Positions 1-13,592 are shown, counted from the first letter of the whole stretch. The stretch is 61,058 bases of DNA, filler included, from Porpidia crustulata (GCA_964255105.1; 7 parts of 7 records of this genome joined end to end with filler, not necessarily neighbours in it); one strand, 5' to 3'. The notes: generated from the sequence alone by a model not told the origin. A program made the numbers and translations.

Positions 1-304
1 GTATCTGCGTAGAGGGATTTTATGGATTTTTGGGGGTCGCATGTGGACGGATTTCGGGACCGATTACGGAAAGTTATGATGGTGAGATGAGGGGCCTTGG
101 TGACTACTTTCTACGAATTGTACTTGACAATAGACTCCTGAGGGAGACTGCAAGTATGTACAGGCAAATCACTGGAAATTGGACGTTGGATTTCCAGTTG
201 CGGTTAGGGCTTCGTATTATGTCGTACTTCTTAGGCAATGATATTAAATAGCCCATTCTCTTCGGTAGTTCTGGGCTTCAGCATTTCCGCAGTCGAGAGG
301 GCAT

Positions 305-1641
305 CTATGCCTTCTTCAACTCGATTTCTGGAGCAAGAATTCAAAGGTCAGTAATCCAAAGCTCGATTGTTGATCGATGCAGACGATGACTTACTCGGAT
401 CTTTCAAGATAGCCCCATGCTCTGCAGGCATCAGCGCACCCTTTGGCGGTTGATTCTTTGACTTGAAATCGTCACATATGTCTTCCATCTTGACCCACTC
501 GACACCTTCTTTGGTATTGAGATACTCGATCACTCTGCAGGCAGTAAGGTTTTAGCCTCGTTGCATATTCTCCCATTGAGTCTCCATGGCACATATACCA
601 GAAAGACTTCAAACGTACCTTTCAAGCATGAAAAGAACGTGTGGATGCCCGCTGACATCTGGATGGATAGTCACAGGAAAGCAGAAGTCGTCGTATTCGC
701 GGTAGAAGTAGTCGAAATGATCTTTCCACAGTTCTTCAACGGTCTTTGGGTTTACCCATCCGTGGCTATTAGGTGCTTTCTTGATGAACATCATCGGGGG
801 CAAATCGTCTAAATACCAATTGGCGGGAATCTCAACAAGACCAGTGTGTGGACCAGCAACCAGAGGTTTCATCCAGTGGTCCGGGTGTTTACTGTAATCT
901 ATTGGGGTCCAGGAATCGCCGGTGCGTAGCCAGTATGGGAGGCAGTCATGATGGGAAAAGCTGTGGTCTTTGTTCTGAATTAGTCATGGTATCATCCAAG
1001 CTGAACCATGAGATCTTATGAAATTTGCTGACCATATTCCACACCGTATTTGAGCATCAGCTCGGCACCTTCTTGGGAAGCCTCCCACCACGGTGCTACT
1101 GAGCCGCGCGGTGGCTTGCCGCAGAATTCAGTGAGTTGTTTATAGGTCTTGTCGAGGATAGCGTGCTGTTGCTCAAGATTCATCTTGACAGGGTTCTCAT
1201 GCGAGTAGCCGTGGAGACCTCTGGAGTAGTAGATATCAGCGATTGGCCTTCTTCAAGAGATGCCTTAGAGGTGGGTTTCCTCACATCTCGTGGCCCGCAT
1301 CTCTTATCATAGCAGATTCTTCCGGAAAGGTCTCGAGCGAGTGTCCCGGGATGAACCAAGTAGTCTTAATGTTGTATTTCTCAAACAACTTCAAGAGTCT
1401 ACGGACTCCTATGTTACCAGCGAAAAGACCTAGGTGGCGATGAGTGAGATTGTCCGGCATTCTACTGCGACCCTCGACAAACCTCTTGAAATATCACTTG
1501 TAGAGTCCTCCCCCCCATACGAGCCTAGCCAGCCAGCAACGGCATCGATGTCGACAGAGATACAGCAGAGAGCGCCTGGAGATTGTCAATTAGCATCGAT
1601 TTCATATGAGTAAGAGAGAGAAACTTGCGTTTCTTGCCCAT
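305..1641 (-). CDS. Polysaccharide deacetylase (CE4, PuuE/HpPgdA-like), multi-exon
   Basis: Spliced translation begins [36 protein letters not shown]. It contains [41 protein letters not shown] and [10 protein letters not shown], and ends ...DPKIELKKA* (TAG 305-307). Introns have CTRAY branch sites; the first intron is GC-AG (1628-1576). Confidence 0.9.
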
Positions 1642-4062
1642 GGTTGCCGATTGAAACTGATTATTCGAATAGAAGGGGTGGACGAAGGGTTAGAACACAT
1701 CATGGTGGACGAGGGGGGACTGTTATCAACGAGCGACGAATGGTGGGGTAAGATAAAGTAAACAGAGATAGACCAAGCCCTGGAGAGGCGCTAAGAGGAG
1801 CCCCTCAGCACACTTATGGTATGCTAACTATGACGCGATGGGCGCGGCGCCTAGAGTCTGAAACGCGAGAGCCGCGCCTGGCTTAGACTACCCTTTTCTT
1901 CACGACCCCTTGTCTTCATTACGTGTTAGTACACCGACATTGTTATTTCACGATCGTCGTATCCATCTATAATTTTTTCAATTGCCAGTACTGCTGATAA
2001 CGAGATACACTCGAGCGAGATGCACCCTGCAGTAAAGTTTGGAACGTTGAGTCGGAAGTTCATAGCTCATGAAAAGGCTTCGCTGAATGTTTCTAATTGT
2101 CATTTTTACTTTTGCATGGCTCAAACCCTACAATTGATTAAATAGACGCTGTTCAGTCTAACTATCACCGGTCTCTTGGCCCGTTGTCGTTCAGTCTATT
2201 CCGTCATGACCGAACAAAAAGTTTATATATCTCCTTACTAGTGTTGGCTGTGGCTTTCACAGTCATCATTACAATCCTTTCGCCTTCAGCCTCTATATCG
2301 CATACTCTCACATTTCTATCGAAAGTGTACACTTCACCCTAATCCTGTCATACGTATAGCAAATGCACAAACTCTTTGTCAGATGTCAATTCGACTTTCC
2401 GATCCCAGTGCTGTTCTGGCAGCAAAACAATCGACGCCGACACAAACACACCTCTTACAATTAAGGTTTTACGCAGCTCCATCCATTACGAAGCTACTAA
2501 GACTACGCTACTGTCCGTACCATTGCAAAAAGGGAAATTGCAGTGGCCAAGACCGTAGTGAAATTGCGCCTTCTGGCATCATTATAATTTGGGAACCTAT
2601 GGACTTCAGCTATGCGCCTATCAAGCTCTTCTATGTCAAGATCGCAAAGTTCGATTTTGCGGACGCCGTATTTCTCAACCTGGGCATTGGGATTTTGGTG
2701 TTCAACATCTTCGAACCGTACGAGACATCCGTTACCGTAATTTGATCAAAACAGCTTTGCCCGCGCTGATACGTTTTCTATCTTACATAGTTTAATCACC
2801 AAGTGAAACAGTATACCTTCGCTTGTTATTGCAAGCTTTGGAAATCATAAGCACCCACACACAGCCTTAGGTCCCGAAATCCCTCAAAGGTCTTAGCGAC
2901 CCTGAGATCTTCACAATAAGCGAGCGGTCCCGATGCTGTCTATTGCCCCTCTCTCTTCATATAGACCCCAATCATGATTCCTCCATCATCACCGCCATAA
3001 ACACAGCACCTGCTTTCCACCCTTCGATACAATCTCCAAGCCCCAAAGATCCTCCAATAATTTGCCATACGCAAGTTTACAGACCGTTTCTCCCACAGCG
3101 GAAGAAGACTGCATGACAGTGTTCTACGCCATCCACATACTCACAAAGCCGCTCCACAATCCTAAATCATGTTTATAACCGCACTCTTTCTTTCACAATC
3201 ATTTCGCTCACCACCACCATCGTCAACACAACCACTACCTCCCGTTAATGCAAACCATCAGGGAAGCTCCGCCCCGCCCCACACCAATACCAAAAGCCCA
3301 TCCCCTTACTGAACAAGACCTAGCTCGAAAAACGGCCTTCGACCTCTCCACCAATTGGCCTCTCTCGCCTTCGAGGTCCTTTTCTTCAGACTCACGTACG
3401 GGCGGGAATCAAGCATCGCTGCCCGTATTGTCGAGTGCACTCTTGGCACTTCGAGAGGGAATTTTTCGGTTTCCGATTCGAGGGAAGATAGGGGGGATGC
3501 CTGTGGAGATAGAGCTCAAATCATTTCTCGGGATCAATAGTACATGCCAGCGCAGACGTGCTTCTACACAATTAAAGTATTGACGCATCCTTAAAATATT
3601 TGGTCGACCTGGCGTGTGACTCGCCTATCGCGTTTGCTGGCAAAAAGGTGAATGATGGGTGATGAACAACGACAAAGCCAGCACCCGTCAACATTGTGTT
3701 GTTTTCAACTAGGTCTATTTGTCTCCCAGTTCTCTCCTTGTTCCTTCTTCCCTCACTTATGCATCTACCTGTGAAAGTAACTGGCATCAGCCTACATTTT
3801 CTTGGTATCATGTATCAGCTTCACTCTCAAAGTCACTGGTGCTAGCTTTTGATTCTGGGCATGCTCGGTGGGCACCTTGTGTGATCTTCAACTTCTAAAT
3901 ACGTTGCTCCAACTTCAATCCCAGACATTGAACCCTACCTTCAACTCCAAACAATTTGCAGCGGCTCCGGCTTCCAGCTGCTGGTATCATCTTCGATTCT
4001 TGACATTGAATTTAGCTTCGGCCCTGAACGCCTTGCGCACTGAAGATATATCTACCCTCGCC

Positions 4063-6964
4063 ATGTCGTTCCTGTTTCTTCTCGTCAAGGCGCTGATACT
4101 GGAGCTCCTCAAAGAAGGCCTTTGGACCCCAGTCTTCTCTTTCGTCATATTCGCCTATCTTGGCGTCAATTACGAGTACTCGTGGCGCAATACTGACAAC
4201 GTGAGCTTTGATCCTTGATCAAGGGGTAACAGTAACCTGACAAAGCCATATATACATAGCCATTCGGCGCTTTCATCGGGTACACCGTACCGGTTTTTGT
4301 TCTCTATTGGTTAATCCAGTGGCCGATACATTGGCTATACTTGTTGACGCTCCCCAAAAAAATGGACGCAGCAAGCTTGCCTGGTCAGCCACCGGACGAG
4401 CCCAATATTCTTTCAATGCCACTCCCTCCTTCACAACGACATCACCCTCTCTTCCCACCCCTCGAAGAACCTCGTGCATTACCAAGCACCCCTCGAGTTG
4501 GGTCAGTACAAGAGTACAAGCCATCGTCACATAAAATATCAGCACCATATAGTCCAGTCGCTTCACCAAGTACCTCTCAACTTCGGTTAATGCAATTATT
4601 CAAGCCATCATCTCACAAAGCATCAGCATCGTCAAGACCAGACGCTTCACTTGGGCCGAACGCGCCTGAGATCTCTCTTTCGCTAGTGCCGATTGTCAAC
4701 ATTTTTGCTGCCCCAGAAAGTCCAACACCTACACCTCCCATCTTGCAGCAACCAGTGGGGACAGAACAGCAGATCCAAACAGCTTCTAGTCCTGCACCAG
4801 AGTCGACTGAATCGTCGATAATATTCAGAGTCCCTGACCCTCCTGACTCTGACTTCGATGATTGGGAGATCGGGGAGATCAATGTTGAGCAAGCAGAAGA
4901 TTCCAAGGAATGGGCATACACATTGACCCCAATCCAATTTTCAGGTTTGATGAGGATGAGATTACAGTTCGCAAAAGTACGAAGTGCACACGAATCACAG
5001 ATACAGTCGTTAGCAAAGACGAATAAGTACTTAAAGACTAGCGTGAGATTACTGGATAAGAGCGTAGAGCGCAGGATTGCCGAGACCAGTGCAAGCTCGG
5101 GAATAGTCTCACGACTGGAAGGAGAACTGCGCATCGAGTCGCGCCGGCGACAAGACGCAGAAAAGACGGCGACAGATAGGCAGTCTCAATTGCACAAGAA
5201 TGGAGATGTGTCGGAAACGCAGAAATGGTTAAATGCGTGCGAGGACCTAGCCCACCAACTCGGCATAGAGAGAGCCTCTAGGGCCGGAAAGGAATCGCAT
5301 CAGATTGACCTAGCCAAGGATCTCAATGTAGCAAACGAGCGGATCCAGGAATTGGAGATCGACGCCTTTTCCAAGGCGGACTACATCGAGATTTTAGAGA
5401 GCAAAGTAAAGAAGGCAGAGAAGAGCGAAGACCGACGCATGGCAAAGGTCCAAGAGCTCCTTAAGAGGGCCACCAACGCAGAGCAGGTGCTGGAGGAGAG
5501 AACCCAAAGTTCTAGCACAGTCTTGAACGAAAAGAAGCAGCTTGAAGCCGAGAATCAGCAGCTCAAAGATGAGGTCGCGAATCAATTTACGGCACTCGAT
5601 GCGAACACAAAGACTGCAGAGGACAAATCTGCATCGTTCCAGAAAGACCTTGTTGCTGCACAGGACCACAGCAAGACCCTTCAATGGAGATTAGATGCAG
5701 GCAAGGCACAAGCTGACAAGGACTGTCAGCAGCATAACACCGATCGGCTATCAGCTGAGACAAAGTATACTGAATACGTGAGGAGTGTAGAGACCGAGTT
5801 CGTGCTATTGCGATCCAGACTCGAGGCACAGGCTGGGATTGACTCCGAGAAGGACCGACAATTGGAGGAGGCGAGAAGCCGGATCCAGTCGTTGCAAAGC
5901 CAACTTGATGAACGCAGTATTGAAGATGCCGAGATGGCCGATCCTTCAAAGTCTTCTGTCAACGACCAACCCGACTATGTTAATGTAAGACTTGTCTGAG
6001 GTACGAATGTGTTAAGACTAATACTCATTAGAATTGGAAGGTCATTAAATCAACTGCGGATCAAGAATATATGTTTCGACAGCGGGTCAAAAGTGTCGAA
6101 ACCGCTGCGAGCCATGTGGCTCGAGAGGACGCCCGTCAAGATCGAAACGCCTTCAATGCCAGCTTGAGGAAAAAGACGGAGGAGCTGAATACCTCACAGC
6201 TGGAAGCAAATGACCTCAAGCAACAATTAGACACCAAGTCGCAGAGAGTAATAGTGTTAGAGCACCAAATATATGGGCTTCAAGACGCAGTCAAAGCGTA
6301 TGCCGCGAGTGGCAATACCTATAACGCTCAAATGCCAGGTATAGAGAGCTCTTCGGCAGTGCAAGTGGCAGACGGCGGGCGAAAGAAGAGGAGGGCGGAA
6401 GTGGACGAGGAAGAGGAGGTAGCCTTGGAGGCTACCGAAACCAAACAGGCGAGGATGGAAGGAGCTAGCCCAGTTACAAAGCATACGAGAGGTACCCCAG
6501 CCAGGGACATGCCGGCTATCTCGGCCATAGGATTGGAGTCGGACCCTCTGAAGGGAATGATCGGCCGGGAGGTTGGCGACCAGCTCGAGCAATGGTTCGG
6601 CGTCATGGGTACCGGGGCTTCCAAACAGCCCGGAAAGATCGCATCGGCTCTTTTGACGTGGATGAAGTTCTGGCAACAGGACTTCGCCGAGGTCAGAGAC
6701 GTCTGTACGGCCGTAGCCGTCAACCTTACCAAGATCTCGGTCGAGGATTTTGAGGACCGTGGCCTGATGATTTTCACATATCATCTGAGGGAGCTGTTCC
6801 AATTTTTCCTCAGGGAGGATTTTAGACCAATGTGGACTCCCCAGAAGAGGGCTAATATGGCGCATACCCACCAATGCGCTGTCCAGATCTCGGCTCATGC
6901 AGTCGCCGCCGGAGCAAATTATGATAGCTGCAAAGACCCGAAGACATTCTACTTGCAAAAGTAA
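4063..6964 (+). CDS. Hypothetical ~931-aa protein: N-terminal hydrophobic/TM segments, Pro/Ser-rich linker, long coiled coil, basic NLS-like motif, C-terminal helical domain
   Basis: Exons 4063-4200, 4260-5984 and 6032-6964. Introns 4201-4259 (GTGAGC..CCTGAC..TAG) and 5985-6031 (GTAAGA..ACTAAT..TAG) join three ORF-track frames in phase. Heptad-rich E/K/Q/L region; GGRKKRR motif. Confidence 0.75.
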
Positions 6965-8652
6965 GAAGGTCGTTGCCTGTGTCCTTGTCCTCTTCTCGGA
7001 TAACCATGGATTCTCCTTCCTACTGGTCTGTTTAATCAATGCTCGCAAATACATATGAATGTCAATAACACTACGCTCGTTTTAATTTCCGCCGGGGCTA
7101 GACAGGTCTTTCAACTCGAACGTACTGGATTCATAAACAAGACATAAAAGAGGCGGTTGAAACGACAGCATCAGCATTCTAAATCGTCAAGTCTAGAACT
7201 CTCGAATCCTTACAATCCTTCGCCAAACACAGGCCTGTGCGCGTTCCAATTCATTTCAATTACCTTCCGAGGTCGGACATGTCTTTGAATCTTACCTACT
7301 AGACCCACGCACGAGACACACGAGAGGCGCATAGAACTATCGCGCTCTGAATTTGGATCGTCATTTTCGGATTCCTGGAACCTCCAGATACTCTGATCGC
7401 TATCTTTTTTTTCTCACGACGCCCTGGGTTTCTCGATACTGAATCTTCAGGAGCTGATCGCATCTTCGGCCTCCTCACCTCACCCCCAGCCGCAACGACT
7501 TCTCCTGTAGATTATGGAAGTATCAAAAGTCCGGAAAAGGCTTTATAGTCGGCGCTGGAGCATTGAATATTTTTATTCCTTTGTATTCCGCTGATGAACA
7601 GCGGGGTTACGGCTCCGGTAGTAGAACTTCATGTGACTGGATCGAATGATTCAGAGAGCGTCCATCATGTAATTCTTGTCTTATTTTACCAAAGGGGACC
7701 AGTTAGTCGATGAGCGATGCTTTTTCCCTGGTGGTAGAGCAGGGCTCAGAAGCAATATACTACTCTGTTCGTATGCTCCTGGAATATCAGAAATGGATTG
7801 AGCATTTGACGTTGACGTTGTCGTTATTTTTAGGAGGCTATCTAGGGGGTAAAGGGGAAAAGATCTGGTAAGAGTTACATGTCCGGAATTCTCAACTCCC
7901 GTGCTCTCCAACACGTACATGTTAGATGGAGAGAAGTAACGCGTGAAATGCTCGATTCATCACCAAAGAGTTCTTTCTCCTCAGGCATATAAGTCAGGCT
8001 GGCTACTCTAGCGCGTTCCGGATGAACTCAAGGAGATGACCCTGACCCTATACTTACTGACTGTCCCGTTGAGGGGTGTGTCCCGTCGAGGGGTAAATAC
8101 GAGTACCTCGGGGATAGTAATCGAGAAGTTAGCCTATGTCTCTCACAATACTTCGCACATCTCGCAAGTTAGAACAATGATTCCTTCACAAGAGAATCAT
8201 AGTACCCATCCAGCATGAAACTAGTTTCGAACCGCAAAGACGCTTCATCGCTGTAAAATCCATACTAACATCACATCTCCAAATCCCCGCTCTATCGCGA
8301 TTCTCACGTCGTCTACCACGCAGCCTAGAGACTTTCCCATATGATTTCCCAAGTCCTACAAGTCCTTTACATCCAGGAAATCTCTTTGTCTGTTCGATCT
8401 CGACTTTTCGCAATGAGGCAAGATTTCTCACGTTAAGCGTTCCTTACGCGAGTGCCGAAAGCGGCCAAATCTATTTCATTATGCGCTATGATTTCACATG
8501 ACTTACCTATTTTTTTTTTAATTTTTCGATGCCTCTTTAACAAAACTCTCCCTTCACCAAACGCAATCATGTCGGATTCAGATCTCGAAAGCCCGCGCCA
8601 GGTAATCAAACGGTAAGCCCCCCATCTCCCATCTCTCATCTCGCACCCCGCC

Positions 8653-8752
8653 NNNNNNNNNNNNNNNNNNNNNNNNNNNNNNNNNNNNNNNNNNNNTTAA
8701 TTAATTAANNNNNNNNNNNNNNNNNNNNNNNNNNNNNNNNNNNNNNNNNNNN
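8653..8752. other. Artificial contig-joining spacer (N44-TTAATTAATTAA-N44)
   Basis: Exactly 100 nt with a six-frame stop linker; identical to five other copies in the window. Confidence 0.97.
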
Positions 8753-9054
8753 AACCAGCACTTTCCCAACCAGATACTAGCGATCTCAACCACCCAAGAA
8801 TTTCATTCACAATCATAGCCGCGAATCCAAGAACTCAGAAGAGCAACCCACATTCACGTGAAAAAGTACTACATATCGAGCTATCGGATCCCCAAACCCA
8901 AACCCAGAAACATCGAAATCAAAATTAACAAAACGCTGCTGGTAGATTAAACACGCCAAAAAAACATTAGCAATCATCAGGTAGATATAGACAAGGAAAC
9001 TCGTGCAGGTCACCTCTTGCGTAGATACAGCGAACCCCCCATCCATACCCCATC

Positions 9055-10302
9055 TCAACCCTCCACCTTCTTCCGCTTATTCCTCCTCTCCTGCCCCCCA
9101 ACACCGCGCCCCGTCAACAAATGACTATCATCAATAAACCCCATCGTAACCTTCTCATCCTCAACAATCTCCCGGTTCATATGCGCCAAAAAAACCTCCT
9201 GCTCGCGGAAAAACTTCTTCAGGCGCGCGGTGTTGAACCGCTTGCCGCCCTTGCTGTTCTCCCGCAAAAACTTCAGCTGGTCGCGGATCCGCTGCTCCAG
9301 GATCTCGAGCCGGTACTCGCTGAACTGGAAGTACAGCTCCGGCAGGTTCGAGATCGGCCGCACCGTCGTCAGCACGGTGTCGTCCGGCAGCGCCGGGCTG
9401 CGCGGCCGGAACGACGTCACCATCGTGATCCGCTCCGTGGCGCCGAGCGCCCGTAGCGCTTGGTGTTCGATGTAACGGCCCTGAAGCACGACGGCGCAGC
9501 CCTGCGGGCGTTAGGCGGTGAAGAGCAGGGCAGGGGGTACGTACCATTTGAGGACCTCGGACCCTGAGGATATCGCCGGTGCCGGTCCTCAAGGCGGTCT
9601 CGCCGCCGATCATGGTCGTGCAATCGCTGAGCATTGTGACGCAGACGAAGGGATAGCTATCGGTATGCCAATCCACGATAGGCTTGTCGTCTTCCCATGG
9701 ACAACCAGCGATGCCCTCATCCGCCTCGGTCAAATTCCTGTCCACGAAAGCCTCGAGTTCTTCGGCCTTTTGCTTTTCCGACTTCATCGAGATGTTAATG
9801 TGGGCGATCTCAAAGTCCATCTCAGGCACTAGATCGATACCGGCGACCTTGGAGACGATTGCAAGGGTTTCTGGATGCTTCCAGGTGTCGTACACAAACG
9901 GAGCATATCTGAATATCTATCAGACAAGCTAGTACATCGAATTTCCCTTCCTTATTGAGGTACTTACTTTGATGCAAAGCCTCGGAGCTGGCACTTGGCC
10001 AAATTACTTGAGTATTGACAGTTCTCCCAAACTTCTTTGCGCATGATCTCTGCGCGCATCAGATGGATCGCTTCTTCAGTGAAGAGGTGAAAGGGCTCTG
10101 ATGCCGCGCACGGGGCCACTCCGGTTCCCTCGGGAAGACCCAGATCGGCCATCGTATGGACTTTCGAAGGTGGTTTGAAGTTAATATGCACTGCGGGACT
10201 AAAGTCCACTGCGGCCGTTGTCTCTACCGGGATCCCAGTGATGAGTGGCTCTGAGGTAGGCTTTACAGCTACTGCAGGAGAAGAGACTTTCATGGTAGCC
10301 AT
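9055..10302 (-). CDS. Fungal Fe(II)/2-oxoglutarate-dependent dioxygenase-like protein (3 exons)
   Basis: Start MATMKVSS at 10302. HxD motif in VDWHTDSYPFVCV, distal His in GRYIEHQAL, and ERITMVTSFRP. Two introns near 9910-9968 and 9500-9545. Confidence 0.75.
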
Positions 10303-12319
10303 AGTTACCCTCTCCAGCACTATAATCGCAATCCAGCTAAAGCGAAAGAGAGACAAGAATAGTAAATCACGACACCAGGTGTGCAGATAAAACAGACGAC
10401 TCAAGAACCTCAAGGAGAGCCTGAATCAGGTCGGTTAATGGAAAGGTGAGTCAAGACTCCAGAAATGCGGTTCTAAATACCAATATTGGGTAGCGGGGGG
10501 TCGCTCCGAACAGGGACGTCGCTGTTATAAATGCTCTAGGAAGGCAAGAGAGTAAATGTCAGGATGCTAGTCAACGAGGCAAGCGAGAACCCATAACAAT
10601 GATAAGAAGATGCTGTGTGACTCCATCGTACCTCTTGCTGTTATCTAGAGTTTTTCTCAGGATTTGATCTTGGATTCGTGTTGATATTTGGACTGCGAGG
10701 TTATCATTAAATTTTCGCCTTGCTAATGGCTATGATGTGATTTTCCCATACTGTGTATGTAGTAGATGCTGGAAATTCTTCCAAAGCAAATTTGAAAATA
10801 GATACAGTTCGAAATGAGGCAGAGGTCCTGGTAATGTCGAAAAGCAGGTTGGAAACCAAAACTTCTGGAAAAGAAATATATAACGACAGCATAGTTTCAA
10901 CCGACCTTCTTAATGCTACTCCACTTATCACAAGCAACAATTTATAGTGTTTATCTGCTGGCCACGGATGCCTTTGTTCTGGTGTGGAGGGGAAAATTGG
11001 CATGTTCCTTGGTACGAAACCGGGGTATGAGCACAATGTCGGCATTTTCTTTGGTTCCGTTCAACTGATCCGTAACGATGAGACAGCGTATGTTGATGAC
11101 CTGTACAGAATGATGAAGTTGCTGTCCTAGCATTCGCGTTGGAAAGGAATATGTTACTCCCTTTGGACAGACGTATCTACGCTGCCAGAAAGCAGAGTAA
11201 CGCTGCACCGACACTAGCGACTCTCTTAAACATGTGTTTCTGCTCAGCTATCACAATCCCGTCGCGGAAGCGATGCAGAAAATTGCATCGTTGGTTGATC
11301 GGAGCCTACAGCGCTTCCCAAGATCATAGTGAGTAGTACAAACGATGCATCATGAGGAACGTCTTTCGTATCTGACGTTCGGGGGAGGTCTTATTGGAAT
11401 TTAGCCTATGAGCAAACCTACCGTGAGCAGCGACTATCGTGGCTAGAAGCAATTTTGGTGTGGAAGACTAGGCAGATTCTTCACTATCATCCTGACTAAT
11501 TTTGACCAAGCGGTGGCTTTGAATGCGGTATGCAAGTGATGTCTGGACTCCCTTTCCTAATGTGGACACGCAAGAAAGAAGAAGCGACAGAGACTGGAAC
11601 GGCTCCTTCGTGTTTAAGCTTCGGTAGTAGACTTGGGACTCGCGAGGATCAAATTGGCAGCACCAGATAAAATATTGCGCCGTGGGTTCCATGATGGAAT
11701 AGGGCAATCATGGTTGGAACAACAACGGAATAGCTGGTGGTACCGTCGAAACCTTGTGCGATGATATTTGACATGTACCTACTCTGTCAGCTTTGCTACA
11801 CATCTGTGTTCGGAACAACAACGAGTAGCCGTCCCATGGCTTTTGACCTTTAATTGATCTCTATAGGATCACCTCTCCGTCAGCTGTCCAAGACCGTTAT
11901 TGACTGAGTCCTCCGATGCAGGCATCTGACATCAGACATGCATTGGACGAGAGTGAACATGCAAACTAGAAGGGAGCACGCTGGGATGACTGGCAGCGAT
12001 AAAGCGTAGAGTATTTTACCAAATCATTCGGCTATCATGTGCCTGGGAAGCATTGCATATCAAATCACAGATAATGCCGAGTGCAGTGAGCTAGATACAT
12101 GGAATAATCTCGCATTGCATAAATATCTAATGTGCGAGAGGTTGAGTGCTGGTGGGAACTGCAAAGTGACGCTCTTATCGATATGGTGAAGATAGTTGAT
12201 AAGACTAAGAATGCATCTAAGGCAACGGCGTCCATGTGGTCTAAAAGGATTTAACCTTTCCCATGCAATCCGTGCCGCAAACGTTCCATTCTACTTGCAA
12301 CATCATCTTCAAAGATAAC

Positions 12320-12854
12320 ATGGCCCAGGCAGGTGGAGAGCACTCAACTTGGGCAAAGGCCGAGGGTACTTTTACCAGGTTGCTACACCCCACCTCCCCC
12401 TACACAAATTTCTGTTCCTCAGGAAAACACATCATCCGTCAAGTGCTATGTAACTGACTTTGTCCAGTAAGAGGAACAGTGAATTCTTTGATCCCTGTCA
12501 AGAGGCAGCTTCTCGCAGCATGAAATGTTTACACCGGAATGGAGGAGACAAGGAGCTGTGTACCGACTACTTCCAGTGAGTAGACCTTATCTATAGGACC
12601 CTACGTTATATAGCTTCGGGAAACAATCGCAGACGGTGGGCTTTGGTTTCATGGGCAGCTACGGAGCAAGATGATAATGTGTGCTGCACTAGGGCGTATA
12701 GAGATTGCAAGAAAGAATGGGTACGTCCTAGCATGCAGCTGAAGAGCTTATAGCATTCCAGAATCCTCCCAATCTGACGAAACACTAGACAGCGGATCGC
12801 CTCGAGACCAAACGAAAAATGAGACTCCATGGCGGCAAGTCAGTGCACTCGTGA
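12320..12854 (+). CDS. COX23: Cytochrome c oxidase assembly factor COX23 (twin CX9C), 4 small exons
   Basis: Spliced protein MAQAGGEHSTWAKAEGTFTSKRNSEFFDPCQEAASRSMKCLHRNGGDKELCTDYFQAYRDCKKEWTADRLETKRKMRLHGGKSVHS*. The DPC-x9-C...C-x9-C pattern is typical of Cox23. The ORF track does not recover it. Confidence 0.88.
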
Positions 12855-13592
12855 CGATGGCTTGATCCAGCAGATTAGTCGAAATACTACGACCGCTGAA
12901 ATCCTGTCTTTCAGTCAAGCAGCTGCACGCTGAGTGGATACTATCCCAGAGGTCGGTATGGGACAAGCGTGTGTTTCGACACCGAGAGCGTCGATTGGAT
13001 CGAGCTACCTGTGAATAGAGTACTGGGCGACAACTGGAGAGTTCTTGCAATGTGAAATGTCGTAACAGTAGAACGACAAGTTACGTGAAGTGCACACAAT
13101 ACAGCCACCTCTACTGTCAGATCCAAGATAGATCCGAATCAAAACTTTATGCTCATATGCTTGGCTGTCACGAGATATGGAAATATATCGTCATACAAGT
13201 AGAACTGTAGAATAGGCATCCTCGAATATCACTGAGGGTCTTATAAAAGTTCTAAATATATCTAAATAACAACACAACGGGGATATATCTACATCGTCTC
13301 AGGTGGAATAGCAGAGGATCGATAATTGAGATCATTGCACTGAACACGGCTAGTTCGCGCTACTCTCACTTCACAGCAGCGGGCCGATCCTCTTAATTCC
13401 GCCTATCACCGATCCCCGCTAAATAAATAATACTGTACGTAAGTGGACGCTTTTGTCCAAACTCCATCCTGGCCGCAGTATCGTATGTGCGGTGCTTGGA
13501 GCCTCAGTAGAAGGCTCGGTCACGCTGTCGCTTATCATTGCATTTTCATTGTACATCAGGGTCTGATCAGCATCGTGTAAAGTGTATGGCTA

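Noticed and set aside
6257..7054. Long antisense ORFs (also 26262-27095, 4613-5134, 46194-46709)
   Set aside because: Shadows of real coding sequence on the opposite strand, with no recognisable motifs.
8697..8708. TTAATTAATTAA repeated six times at ~8.7-kb spacing as a biological periodic element or TTAA transposon target
   Set aside because: Always centred in exactly 44+44 Ns; it is a synthetic six-frame-stop linker.
10450..12250. Short ORFs in the long spacer between the Fe/2OG gene and COX23 (including a DLGLAR kinase-like hexapeptide near 11630)
   Set aside because: No consistent frame, splice pattern or additional kinase motifs.
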